Source: Rhodosorus marinus CCMP1338 (lineage: Eukaryota; Plantae; Rhodophyta). Taken from it: a stretch of 64,000 nucleotides of DNA. How positions within the stretch are numbered: position 1 is the first letter of the stretch; every line of letters begins with the position of its first letter. The DNA is taken from NCBI GenBank assembly GCA_029953675.1, contig JAMWBK010000003.1, positions 2,170,001-2,234,000 on the forward strand, written 5' to 3'. The notes beneath the pieces are model-generated. The model was not told the DNA's origin and ran no database searches. It was given only the letters and a program-made list of their open reading frames with translations. Below are positions 51,143 through 62,948 of the stretch, one piece after another. The position numbers and the translations under genes are program-made.

Positions 51143-52934
51143 GAAATCGGTCTTCAGAGTGAAACTTCTACCCCTCACCCCTCATTTGGAGAGGGGTCAA
51201 AAACGCAAACTTGGTGGGGGGAAGGAGGATGGGGGAAGGGGGGGGTTGTGTACATTTCCCACTGAAACTGAACCGAACAAATAGACATAAACGGACAACG
51301 ACGGTAATCACAGATCTTCAAAATACGAGGATTCAATCCATGAAGAATCGAGGCTATCTTGGGTTTGTCGCATAGAACTTATTCCATGGCAGCACGGAGC
51401 AGCAAGCCCGAGCAAAGACCGACAAAACGATAGGGTAAAACCTGAGAGAACAACAGCAACAACAGCAACGATACACTCACAATTTGTCTTGTTCTCAGGG
51501 TAGTTAGCCTCTGAAGAAACGTGATGTTGAACGATACAACGGATTGAGGCCTAGCACAAAACTCTGGAAAGCACGGGGTGAGTCACGGATCCGAAAGTCC
51601 TTGGACCTTACAGTATTTTATGGATTTCCAAACATCTCATAGCAGCAGTCGCTTTCGCCCTAAGCGAACTACAAACCGCAGACTCAAAGATCCAGCGACT
51701 AAAAATTAGAAATAAATCTGAGTAGTTTTCTCCAGGGACTAGCGATTCTGATAAAAAATCCTTCAAGTCAACATGGCTGATTCCAGATTTATCCAATTAA
51801 GCCTAAGTACGAAAAAGTCGATAAGCTTACAACCAATAGAAGCAAAGAAGTCATTGGCACATATCACAATCTCACCCAAGGGTCAACATCTCACCAATAA
51901 TAGCTCGTCAAAGAATCTCGGCGGCACTTGTTTTCCAATCATATCAAAATACGTTTTAATATTTCAATAACATTTGTTCCTAGGCTCGTAATTATAGTGC
52001 CAAATTGGGCTCGATTGCTTATTTCAGAAAAAAATTGTATCCGCCTTCCTACGAAAACCTTCCCCTTGGAGAAGAGCTGAAATGTTAACTTTTTTCAATA
52101 TAGATCGTCAAATGGCTCCAGAAAAAAGCAAAACTTCGTGAAAACTAGGCCGGCGCCGACTTCCACCAAATGCAGTCCACGACAACGGGTTTCCAAAATT
52201 ATCAAAAACTCAATAGCCCTCAACGGACAACAGCCCACCAGTTTGCAGTTGCGTAACGGAAAATGCATTCCCGCCTCTAAAATTTAGCCAGAAGATAAAC
52301 TATGCTCTTCCGTTTACTCAATTCTACCCTTTGCGCGAGGAACACCCATTTCCAGTTCTTGTTCTGCCCGTCAGGGGGGGAGGGGGTGGTGTTGGTTGAA
52401 GACATGTACCGCTGTCGAAGCTTCCCTATATTTCCAAATGTAGATAAACAATTCTATTTAAAGAAATAGTATTTCTAAAGTTCCTCGAAAATGGTCCTTT
52501 TAGTCAATGTATAGTTATTTTATATGGACAATAATAGAAATATTAATCTAAATTATGAAACTCCTATTGGAACCGACGGCTTCTACAGTCAGGGGGTTCT
52601 GGGGGTTTCCACGGCGAGTCGTGTGAACCGCCGAAAACTGAGGGCTTGCGAAGAGTGGCTCGAAATTTTTTTATTCGAAAATGGGTTTTATTTAGAGGGC
52701 AGAAAAGTGCTCTTAAGTGCAATGTGCTCCTTTTTATTCGTTTTTCAATAAATAGCTCTGTTTTCTGTGGGTTGGAAAAGGGAGGGAAAAGGGTTATATA
52801 CAGGCAGAGGAAATTTTTGGTTGGGGAAAGGGTTGGTGTGTGGGGAGGTTTGGAGTAGGGGTAGAAGGAATTTGTGAAGAGGTTTAGAAGGAGAAGAGAG
52901 AGGGATAGAGAAAGAGGAAGTTTTGAGTAGTATT

Positions 52935-55259
52935 ATGGTAGAGAATGGAACGGGAATTGAGTCCGCGTCAGCGGGCGTTTCGAAGATGTCGATAAATGAG
53001 TCTGGCGTAAGTGCTGCGGCTCAGGCGCCGCCAAAACAGGTGCCCAACGATGGTACTGGGAAGAAGAAGGGAAAGAACGGGTCCACAGGCAACAAGAAGG
53101 ATGGAAACAAGTCAGGAGGTAACAAGGGAAACACCAGGAATAGACAGAATGGGGGACGTGGAAAGTCAAACGGTGTGAACAACAAACAGGACGGACAAAA
53201 GCGCAAGCCTGTTAACTCTGGTGATAAACAAGAGTCGTTGGCAGGTGCCAAGAATTCTTCAGCCGGTGGGGCTGTTTCCAGTCAGGACGGTGCGCCCAGG
53301 GCTAAACCAAATAATGCAAACTTTAAGCAAACCCAGCCGACCTCTCGCTGCAACGGAGAAAACGGCCGCTACAATAATTCAAGGGGGTATCAAAGCAATG
53401 GCAATAAGTTCCAAGAGGGCTCCAGAGAAGGACGAGACCTAGACTTTGACAGGAACAACGTTGTGTTCGAGAAACCAAAGAATTCGTTCGAGAGGAATTA
53501 CGATAGGCAGGGAAGTGGTTCCCGTGGTCAAAACAACGACTTCGTAAGACACGAGAGGAGCAACTACAGTAATGGTGGCCGCGGTAACTACAATATCCAG
53601 CATGGACAGAGACGGTATCCCGACCGAGAGAAGAGAACGTGGGGTGATCTTGAAGGTACGGGATACCGAAACCGTGGTGATGATCCGTTCTGGAGGAGAA
53701 AGGAGAACGTGGATGCTGTCTTGGAGATGAGCACCGGGATAAACTTCGACAAGTACGATGATATCCCGGTCGAAGTGTCCGGGATAGACGATCATCGACA
53801 TCTGGAGTCGTTTGAGCAGAGCGATCTGCACCCGAGGCTCCTCAAAAACGTTGGACTGGCTGGGTATTCGAAGCCAACTCCAGTTCAGAGGAATTCTATC
53901 CCCATTGTGGTTCGTGAGCGGGACTTGATGGCGTGCGCACAGACCGGTTCCGGGAAGACTGCGGCTTTCCTCTTACCAGTTATCCACCGCATGCTCGAGA
54001 TGGGTGCCCCGCCGGCGATTCCCGAGGATATCCTACAAGGCATCAACAGGCCAGACACGGCGTATCCTACAGTGCTTGTTCTAGCTCCGACGAGGGAGCT
54101 GGCTGTACAGATTCATGAAGAAGCAGGAAAGTTCAGCTATTTCAGCGGAATCGAAAGTTGCGTAGTTTATGGTGGGGCGCAATTCCGTAGCCAGGTCTCT
54201 GAGGTAAAACGTGGGTGTGATCTTCTTGTTGCAACCCCAGGTCGATTGGTCGACATGGTCGAGAGGGGAAGTCTTTCCCTGGAGATGGTTCAATTCCTGA
54301 TTCTAGATGAAGCAGACCGAATGCTGGATATGGGCTTTGAACCGCAGATTCGGAACATTGTGCAGAGGATGGGTATGCCAGGGAGGACCGAGAGACAGAC
54401 ACTCATGTTTTCTGCAACCTTCCCGAAGGAAATCCAGAGTCTTGCAGCTGATTTCCTGGGAGACTACGCGTTTTTGACCGTCGGAAGAGTCGGATCGACG
54501 ACAGATTCAATCATTCAGAAGGTCAAATATTGTCCGGACGACAGGAAACCGGAGCTTGTCATCGACTTGCTGGGCTCGATCGCCGGTTTGACGCTTGTAT
54601 TCGTTGAGACGAAGAAGGGTGCTGACATACTTGAGCGTATGCTGACAAGGCAAGGATTTCCGGCGACGTCCATCCATGGGGACCGGTCACAGGATGAACG
54701 TCTTGAAGCCCTGCACGCGTTTCGTGTCGGCCTGAGGCCAATCCTGGTGGCCACTGACGTTGCAGCAAGAGGCCTGGATATTCCCAACGTCACCCATGTT
54801 ATTAACTACGACTTGCCCTCTGACATTGACGACTACGTACATCGTATTGGACGTACTGGTCGAGCGGGCAATACTGGTGTCGCAACAGCGCTCGTGAACG
54901 AGAAGAATCGTAATATCGCCAGCGATCTTGTCGATCTCTTGACTGAGGCACAGCAGGAGGTACCTTCGTGGTTGAAGTCAATGACGAAATATTCTTCAGG
55001 TGGAGGTGGAAAGAAACGGTACAACTCCCGCTTTGGTGGCAAGGATTACCGCAAGGACAACCCCAATCGCGGACAACACAACAACAAGAGTGGAGGCAAT
55101 TCCAATGGACGGGACAACGGACGTGACAACGGGCGTGACACCGGTCGTGATAATGGACGTGACAATGGGCGTGATCATGGACGTGATAATGGACGTGATC
55201 GATATGGAAGCGGTCATGGTGGATCGGCACGCCAATCCAGCTACAAAAGTGCTTGGTGA
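52935..55259 (+). CDS. DED1: DEAD-box RNA helicase Ded1/DDX3 family, intronless
   Basis: [76 protein letters not shown]; N/G/R-rich termini. Confidence 0.96.
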   Translation: MVENGTGIESASAGVSKMSINESGVSAAAQAPPKQVPNDGTGKKKGKNGSTGNKKDGNKSGGNKGNTRNRQNGGRGKSNGVNNKQDGQKRKPVNSGDKQESLAGAKNSSAGGAVSSQDGAPRAKPNNANFKQTQPTSRCNGENGRYNNSRGYQSNGNKFQEGSREGRDLDFDRNNVVFEKPKNSFERNYDRQGSGSRGQNNDFVRHERSNYSNGGRGNYNIQHGQRRYPDREKRTWGDLEGTGYRNRGDDPFWRRKENVDAVLEMSTGINFDKYDDIPVEVSGIDDHRHLESFEQSDLHPRLLKNVGLAGYSKPTPVQRNSIPIVVRERDLMACAQTGSGKTAAFLLPVIHRMLEMGAPPAIPEDILQGINRPDTAYPTVLVLAPTRELAVQIHEEAGKFSYFSGIESCVVYGGAQFRSQVSEVKRGCDLLVATPGRLVDMVERGSLSLEMVQFLILDEADRMLDMGFEPQIRNIVQRMGMPGRTERQTLMFSATFPKEIQSLAADFLGDYAFLTVGRVGSTTDSIIQKVKYCPDDRKPELVIDLLGSIAGLTLVFVETKKGADILERMLTRQGFPATSIHGDRSQDERLEALHAFRVGLRPILVATDVAARGLDIPNVTHVINYDLPSDIDDYVHRIGRTGRAGNTGVATALVNEKNRNIASDLVDLLTEAQQEVPSWLKSMTKYSSGGGGKKRYNSRFGGKDYRKDNPNRGQHNNKSGGNSNGRDNGRDNGRDTGRDNGRDNGRDHGRDNGRDRYGSGHGGSARQSSYKSAW
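55107..55202 (+). repeat. 12-bp coding tandem repeat x8 encoding (GRDx)8
   Basis: GGACGTGACAAC-like units giving [32 protein letters not shown]. Confidence 0.92.
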
Positions 55260-55762
55260 TCGGGTTTCACTAGCGCGCTAGATCTACACACTACTGTGCG
55301 AAGGGCAAGAGGGCTTTTTCTATAACTTGTTTTTGTTGTTCTGTTTTGGTTTGTTCGCCTAGGCCATCTTAATGCAGGGCCTGTTTTTTTTTGTTTCTAG
55401 TTACCTTTTGTTGACTTTTCTTCTCTAGAGTGAGTAGCACACGGCAGTGCGAGTCCGATAAGCAAACACATTATCAACGTGTGTATAGGTTATTCATTTT
55501 GCGCTTTCCCATTAAGACGGGAAGCTGTGTGCAAAGAGCGTACGATTGTGCGGTATGTATGAGATTTTATTAAACCGAGTTTCTAACCAGAATTCCTGAA
55601 GGATGTTGAGCCCGCCGACATACGTTCCAATAGCTTATTTACACATTGCCAATCGAACAAGCGCGATAATACACATGAGTGGGACTATTGAGAAGTGGAT
55701 TCCTAATCAGTCCCGTTTGAACACAGATGAGTTTTAGTACGGAAGAGCCAAACGGGCTCCTA

Positions 55763-56524
55763 TTAGCTCTTTGCATATGAAAGCAGCAGGGCATGGCTAC
55801 CGCTGATCTTGAAGCCCTGCATGCCTTTCAATGCGATTTCAGCATTGTCCTCATTGTCAAACTCAAGGAAAGCTATTCCTTTGCGGCCTGCCGCACTTCG
55901 AACCTAGAATGTTAAGTATGGGTGAGTATCGGTAAGTTGACTGACAAGGCAATGAGGCGAACTCTTCGCTCGTCCACCCACCTCCACGAAACCCCGGAAT
56001 TCGCTGAAGAGCTCCTCCAGAGTTTCCGAATCGACGTCATCGGGAATGTTCTGAATGAACAGAATCTTGTTGGGTCGAACATCTTCATCCATTGGATTTG
56101 GAGCGGGGTTCCCGGAAGGTGGTTCGTTCTCCATCCGAGAACGCTTTTCATCCGGAGCTCGCTCAGCGTCGTCTGCTTCCAGCTTTTTCTTCTGCGGCTG
56201 TGAACCTTTCTTCGCACCCGGTCCCTTGATCCGAAGACATTTCTCCCTTGCAAATTGTACAGTTATTTGCTTTTCATAGAACACCATCCCCTGCGCATGT
56301 CGCATCGCGTTCGCCGCCGATGCCACATCCTCAAACGCAACAAAAGCTTGTCCCCTCATCTTCTGTGTTTTCAGCGCAACTATCTCTAGAATCCTCCCGT
56401 ACGGCGAAAAACATTCGTACAGCACCCGCCGAAGCTCCTCCTTCCTCAACTTTTCGTTCAAGTTACGAACGTAGATCGTCTGATTCGGCGCAGCATCCTT
56501 GCCACGACCTGAATCAACTTCCAT
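55763..56524 (-). CDS. U1A/U2B'' (SNF) spliceosomal two-RRM protein, 1 intron
   Basis: PNQTIYVRNLNEK, KMRGQAFVAF, YEKQITVQFA; second RRM PNKILFIQNIP...FVE|VR...GIAFLEF...GFKI...LSYAK*. Confidence 0.93.
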
Positions 56525-58009
56525 ATTCTTGCTTATACTCTCCAAAACAAGAAATAAATGTTCTACCTCTCACGAGAGAAAACTCTCAATAAGTCTCTCA
56601 TCCAGCAGCTGCTCGCCTTCATCAAGCTTCCTCCGAGTACCACGAAACCAGACAGCCCGACCGTAAAACCGAAACATATAAAGTATTATCAGTCTCAATC
56701 TTTCTTTTAGGGAAATTTATATCGTTTAAATCAATTAATCAACAATTCTTTGCCCTCAAGACTCATATTATATTGTAAATACAAAAATTATATATACGGT
56801 ATAATCGTAGAAAGGCAACCAGAACATTTGACTTGTTGGCCCCGCTAATTTTCAAGTCTATTTTTTTGAAATTAGCAGAAAGAAGATTTTGACCGGGGGG
56901 TGTAGAAGATAAACGAAACTAACTTTTTCGAGCGGGGTATTCATTATTTGTAACTTTTAGGAAACTTTGAACCGGAGCGGGAATTGGAAGCTGGACGATA
57001 AGGGGCCTACCTGTTCTTCCGTCTTTCTCGACGGATCGAATGCTACCGACGAGGTAAGCAGGCAATAAAACATAAGAAAAGGTAAAAACCATTTGACGCA
57101 AAGGTTGTGGATGACTCCCACTCCCACCCCCCTCTTCCACCGATGTCACTGATCGGAGTCGTCGCTGTATGAGACTAGGGGTAAAATGCACAATTAAACC
57201 CTTTCCACTTCACCCCTATAGAAACACACATCGTATACGCCATTAATAACTTATGTAAACGTAATTATTAAATTATGATATGTGTCCAATATTTTTCATA
57301 AATATATATAATATATAGGCTAAATTGTCGTTTACATAAATTAGTAATCTACCATATAGAATTGTAAAACTGAGGGGTAGAACATTTCATGTTGATGAAA
57401 AAATCAAAAGAAATATTACTATATGATATTACACCATAGAAAAGGGGGGGAGGGAAGTTCAAAATACATTCCAGTTTCTTGCTTTTCGCAATGGAAGTTG
57501 TTTAGTAAGGGGTGGGGGTTTGGTATTGGAGTTGATTTCTAGTTCGCATTAAATTTTGAGGGTTGACCGTGGAGATATTGGGTTTTTGACTACGAAGTGC
57601 CTTTTCTGGGGTTGTGGGGATGGTGAATGGAGATTGGAATTTTCGGTGGGGCATTTTTATTTTATAAATTTTTCATAAGGACGTGAAATTTGTGGTATTT
57701 TTGCATCGGTTTTCGGGAAGAGAGGGGTTTGGTTGTTTTTTCTTTCTGTGGGGGACGAAGCGAGAGAGAGAGATGGAGAGGGAGAGGGGGAGTGATATGT
57801 GTTGGAGATGTAGTGGTTATCATGCGGGAGGGTTTACTAGATGGGGATAAGATCAAGGTTGAGGAGGGACAGATATTGAGATTTGGGAGTGTGCGTTAGT
57901 GGTTGGTTGTTGGTAGTGTTTGGTTGAGGTTTTGAGCAGTTGAGGAAACGCTGTTTTGGGTTGGTGGGGCGGGGGGAGGGGGAGGGGTATTGAATTTTTT
58001 TGCGACGGG

Positions 58010-60171
58010 ATGGCGGAGGATGAAGGTGGATCTGCGCCTTTGCAGCTGATCGATTCAAGGGGAGAGTTCTCCAGCAGGTTGGAGGAGTTCGCGGCGGCCC
58101 TCGGGGGACCTGACCAGGCCGATGAGACTCTTCTGATTGTCTCTGCGCTCGGTGTGAAGGGCTCGGGAAAGAGTTCGCTGTTGAACGATGTTTTTGGCAC
58201 GAGTTTTGGGGTAGGAAAGGCGTTCAATGCGACTAAGGGCACGAAGGGTGTTTGGATTCAAGCATCGGCGCATAGTAATAAGCCACTGGCCGTCATGGAT
58301 ACTCAAGGAAGCGATGGAAGGGGTGCCGACATGGAGAAGGTCAACCGTATCGCAACTTTTACCCTTTGCTTTTCGGACGTTCTCGTCTTCAGCTTGTGGT
58401 AAGTACTCATAGCACGAGTTCAAGTCATTTGCTTTTTTTTGTGACACGAATCTGATGGAAAGGAGCATCGTCATTGTGCTGCTTACAGGTACGCGGATAT
58501 TGGTCGTTATGAAGCCGCTGGATATGGCCTCGTAAGGACAGTGTTCCAAGAGTATCTGAAACTCTTTGGCGAAGAACGGAGAAGGACGATGCTAATGTTC
58601 GTAGTCCACGATCATGACGACGGAACTTCCCTCGAGTCCGTAAAGCAGATTCTGGAGACCGACTTGAAGAGTTTGTGGCAGCAGGTGATCAGAAGATCCT
58701 TTTAGCATGTTTGATGACATATTTTATTTTCATTTGTGGAGTACCGTGCTGATGATGCCCATGCTTCTTTGTATCGGCAACCACAGGCACTGAAACCCGC
58801 AGAATCAGAGTCCCTTCAGTTGGGAGATCTTTTCGATTTGGAGTTTGTCTCTCTCCCGCATCCGAGACATCGCCAGACCGAATACGAGAAAAAAATTGGG
58901 GACGTGAGATCGAGATTTTGCGATGAGTCAAGCCCATCATACGCGTTGAAAGACATGTTCACGAAGATGGTAAGCCAGAGCGTTCCGTGTTTTTCTGGGC
59001 CTCTTTAGATTTGCATCAGCGGATACGGCTGCTGTCTTTCGCTTCCCCCTCGTTGTAAGAAGATCCACTCATCTAGGCTCTGAATCTGTTTTAGGTACCT
59101 ATCAACGCCCTGCACACATACCCTGCGGTTACCTGGAGGGATCTTGCTAGAGGAGTGGAGGTTGAAAATCCCACCAGACGAAATTTGGTTGCTGCGTATC
59201 GCTGCGATGTCGCATACCACACGCAGTATTCAACCGCTTCGAAGCAGCTGAACAAATGGAAGGCGGATGTAGAAGGTGGTAAAGTCGTTCGTGGATTTGG
59301 AGCTCAGGCTTCCCAACTGATAGAGAGCAGAATTGATGAGTACGAAGACGCGACTTCAATGCATGCTAACAGTCAAGCGAGAGCAAAGAAGGGAGGCGAG
59401 CTCAACACGTTCCTGAAGAGCTCAATCACTAGCTTGTTTCAGAAGCAAATGCAGTTGCTTCAAACTCAGGCGCTCATCCAGTTTAAGGACCTTCTCCTGA
59501 ACAGCGTAGGCCACTGCCCTCCTCCCTCTTATGGGTTGTTTTCGCATAACTGAACTCGCAAGACATTTACCATCCCTCGTAGGTGGTCACCGGCGGTGGT
59601 AGAAACAGCACTGGAAGCAAGGAGGTGGTCCTGGACTCCTTCTCCAAGAAGGCGGAGGAGTGTTCTGTAGCTGCCCTTCATCTGAGCTTCCATTCCTATA
59701 AGGAGACTCTGAAGGACACCTTGACTTCATACGCGCAGCAGTTTGAAGACTCCCCTACTGTTCAGCTCTCTGCCATGCAACGCTACGAACGTCGAGCTCA
59801 AAGGCCAATTCGCCGGCAGCCCAATGCGAACATAGGGCTCAACCTGACTGGGGCTCTGCGTCCAAGAGGGTAAGCGGCGCTCACATCTGAGGTTCAAAAT
59901 CACCAGCTTGCGTGGCCTTTGGGGGACTGTACTTTCTGGCTGCGAGGAGAATGATTTGGTTTCGCCTTTGGGTGTTATATCATGCTCACGTTTCTCTTTC
60001 TCAAACGGTGGCAGGTTTGGCAACTTCCAGCTGGTCACCGGATATTCCGATGGACCCCTGGTCATGAATTTCTCCGTTTGCAACGATGCTGACGCAGCCG
60101 AGCAGGAGGGGCAGGGCAGTGTACCCTTATTCCGGTTGCAGCCAACTCTTCACTACGATCTGGATCTGTAG
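58010..60171 (+). CDS. RHD3/Sey1-like (atlastin-type) GTPase with atypical C-terminus, multi-exon
   Basis: LQLID..GEF, G1 GVKGSGKSSLLNDVFGT, TKGVW, G3 MDTQGSDG, SDVLVFSLW|YADIGRYEAAGYGLVRTVF, MFVVHD, FDLEFVSLPH. Confidence 0.85.
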
Positions 60172-61206
60172 GAGACCTCTTTTTGCGGGATGAAGTTGCC
60201 CGCTGCAAAGAAGACGTCGCTGGCATCCTTGGACATCGTTTCCGTTTTTAACTTGGTGCTGTTTATCCTCTTAGGAGACTTACTGTTGGCAATTTGAAGA
60301 AGACAACTGTACCAGGCATGGGGGTTTCCGGCTTGTTGATAGGTGGAGGGCGGTGGTGGTAACGATCCATACATAGAGAACGAGCTCTGCCTTGGATCCA
60401 CTGCGAAAGCAACTAGAGATATTGCGTTTCGAAATCGATCAGAACCAGAAAGCTTCTCTTGCACTGGAGAGGGAGCGCTTTTCTGTCACGTTTTCTTCCA
60501 TTTGTGTCATGTCGTACTAAGTCTGCACTGCATAAAACCATCAATTGTACGTACCAAATTCGGAGAGGAGAGGACTCTCAAACACTGCCACGGGAGCGCA
60601 CGACATCTCATGAAACCCTAACCAGTGACTGACTGACTGACTATTATGGCAGTCCTACGAACCGCTAGAAGATAACACAATTCAATAGGAACGTTCCAAT
60701 CACAGCAGTGCACAAGCACATCGGACAAATTATACCGCTTTGCCTCGAAATTATCCAATTAAGATTCCGTCTGAAACCGATAGAAGGAAATTATCGGAAA
60801 ATTGACAGGGTCATCATTGGATCGACGTTCCTTCGTCTTCGAGGACGGGAAAGGGTTTGTGAACTCTGTGAACGACAGCCGCTCTACTGAAGGCTTTGGC
60901 GGTTGAGAACCTCTCGTGAATCGCTCATTTGTTGATTTCTCTGACGTCACAGGTGCACCAGTTGGAGGCCCGGAGCCCAGCACGTCTACTCTGAAGAGCT
61001 GCTTTTGGTTCCTTTCCAGGGCTCCACTCGAGCCAGTGCAGCGGATACACCCGAGAAGAGCAGACCGCTTTCAACGCCCTGGTTGCGCCATGCAGGTCGA
61101 AGCGGCTGACCTTCGATGAAGTATCCAATCGAGGTTTCCGGCGGGATCGAGAAGTGAAGAGGGTGGGGAGGGTAAGAAGGCTATTGCTGACATAAAACAG
61201 TCCCAT
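60153..61206 (-). CDS. Hypothetical, possibly plastid-targeted, multi-exon protein
   Basis: ATG 61206 gives MGLFYVSNSLLTLPTLFTSRSRRK (S/T/R-rich, transit-like); consecutive minus-strand ORFs at 60925-61215, 60759-60983 and 60153-60464. No family recognised. Confidence 0.35.
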
Positions 61207-61731
61207 GCCATGCAATACGCACTCTGAAAAGGAAAACTATCCTCCTCACCAACCAAAGTAGCTCTCCCCCTCCCTCGATTCCCTCCACCAAGTCCCAAAT
61301 TTAATCTAAGCGTCACCTCTATAATAACTACATTCATAACACAAAAAAGAATCCAATTAAAACCCGATCTAAAACTTACTATCCAATAGAGCTAGGCAAG
61401 AAATCCGTTACTGTCCAATGAAATTATATTTAGAGTGTAATATATTTCAAATATTTGATTTTTGTAGGGAGATATTTTTTTCGCGGGTACAAGGGGAATT
61501 TATTTTTTCAAGGTTTTCAACGATTCATTTGAGTTGATTGGGGCGCCTGAGTTTTTCAAAGATTTGGGTTTTCAGGTATTTATGGCGAGGCTTTTGGGAT
61601 GTGGGGAGGAGGCAGGGTTTGGGTTTATGGATGATGGGAGGGTTTGAAAATGGATCTACTTGAGAACTGAAAAACTGCGTGGAAATCTGTTCGTCTGTAT
61701 GAAGTGAGGTGGAAGTAGTATTGAAGTCAGG

Positions 61732-62948
61732 ATGATGAGCTTCGCTGAGGTAAGGAATTGAGTTGTTTTGTTCCGTGTTTTTTTTGATCGGCCTCTGGAA
61801 TTTTTTTTTGGTTGGTCGAGTCGCTTGGTTTGCTTAGCTGGTTCTGTCCTCTCTGCTGTGCGTATGTTTTGTTTTTTTCGGTTCGTGTTTGGTGAGTTAG
61901 GTTGGTACGAGAAGCATATCTGATGTTCCTGGTGCGATTCAGGACGCGGCTTCTGGGTCAGCGGATACGGTTGTTGGTTATGTGTCCAGTAATTCTCCGG
62001 CAGCTGCTGCCGTTCTCGTGGCGATTGGGATTATTGTAGCTTTTAATGGACGTTACCTTCTGGCACCGTTTATTTTTGTGCTTGGCGCTGCGCCAGGTGG
62101 AATGTTGTTATTTGTTGCCTCCCAGGCGGTCTTTTCAGGAACAGATTTCGAGCTCGTTGTCTCGGTCATAGCGTTTGTTATTGGGTGTATATTATTCGGC
62201 TGGTTGTTTGTTTCGCTCCTTTATGATCTTGGCGTATTCCTGTTAGGTGCCCTTCTAGCTGTTGTCGTTGCTTCCACGCTGACTACTTCCGCATTGTACA
62301 GAATCAATCCCAGCGATCCGAACCTAACTTTCTACTTGACATCCGGTACGAAGCCTGAGCATGAGCGCAAAATTCAAGCCTGACTACCCTCCGCTTACGA
62401 TCTACTCCTTGTGTGCAAAAACAAACAAACAGCTTTCCTGGGTTCTGTGTTTGGTCTTCTAGCTCTCAGCTATAGGGGAGCCATGGTACCGCTCTCTTCG
62501 GCGTTTGTGGGATCCTTCGTTGCTGTGAGAGCTATTGCCTTTTTCATTGGAGGGTTTCCGGATCCGGTCGATTTCGTAAGCGAGGGAGCAGAACCAGGAC
62601 GCAGTATTTATACAGGTACAATCGTATTTCTGGGAGGTATTGCTGCGTACAACCAATGGAGGTACAGCCGTGTTCTCAGTGCCCTACTCTTGTCGATTGC
62701 TCCCAGTAAGAGCGATCTTGAATCTCTGACAAACTTCGTGCGCTGCGCTCCTTTTGAAAATTGTCGTTTATAGTTCACCCGCGAGGATGGACCACAAGAA
62801 AGATGAAACTGAGGCATTACTTTCTGGTGACGAAGAAAAGTCTAGATACTCTCAATTGAGCCCCACCAAGGTTCAGAGTTTACGAGAAAAATACACCTTT
62901 ACTCCTCCACGATTGGCATCTACCCATGAGGAAGGAGACATTCCGTGA
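61732..62948 (+). CDS. DUF4203 (TM7S3/TMEM198-like) multi-pass membrane protein
   Basis: GIIVAFNGRYLLAPFIFVLG, LGVFLLGALLA, SSAFVGSFVAVRAIAFFIG, GIAAYNQW; exon 1 MMSFAE| joins in frame to DAASG; soluble C-tail ends EEGDIP*. Confidence 0.8.

Noticed and set aside
54802-55281. His-rich and other alternative-frame ORFs over the DED1 tail
   Set aside because: Alternative-frame readouts of the 12-bp GRDx repeat.
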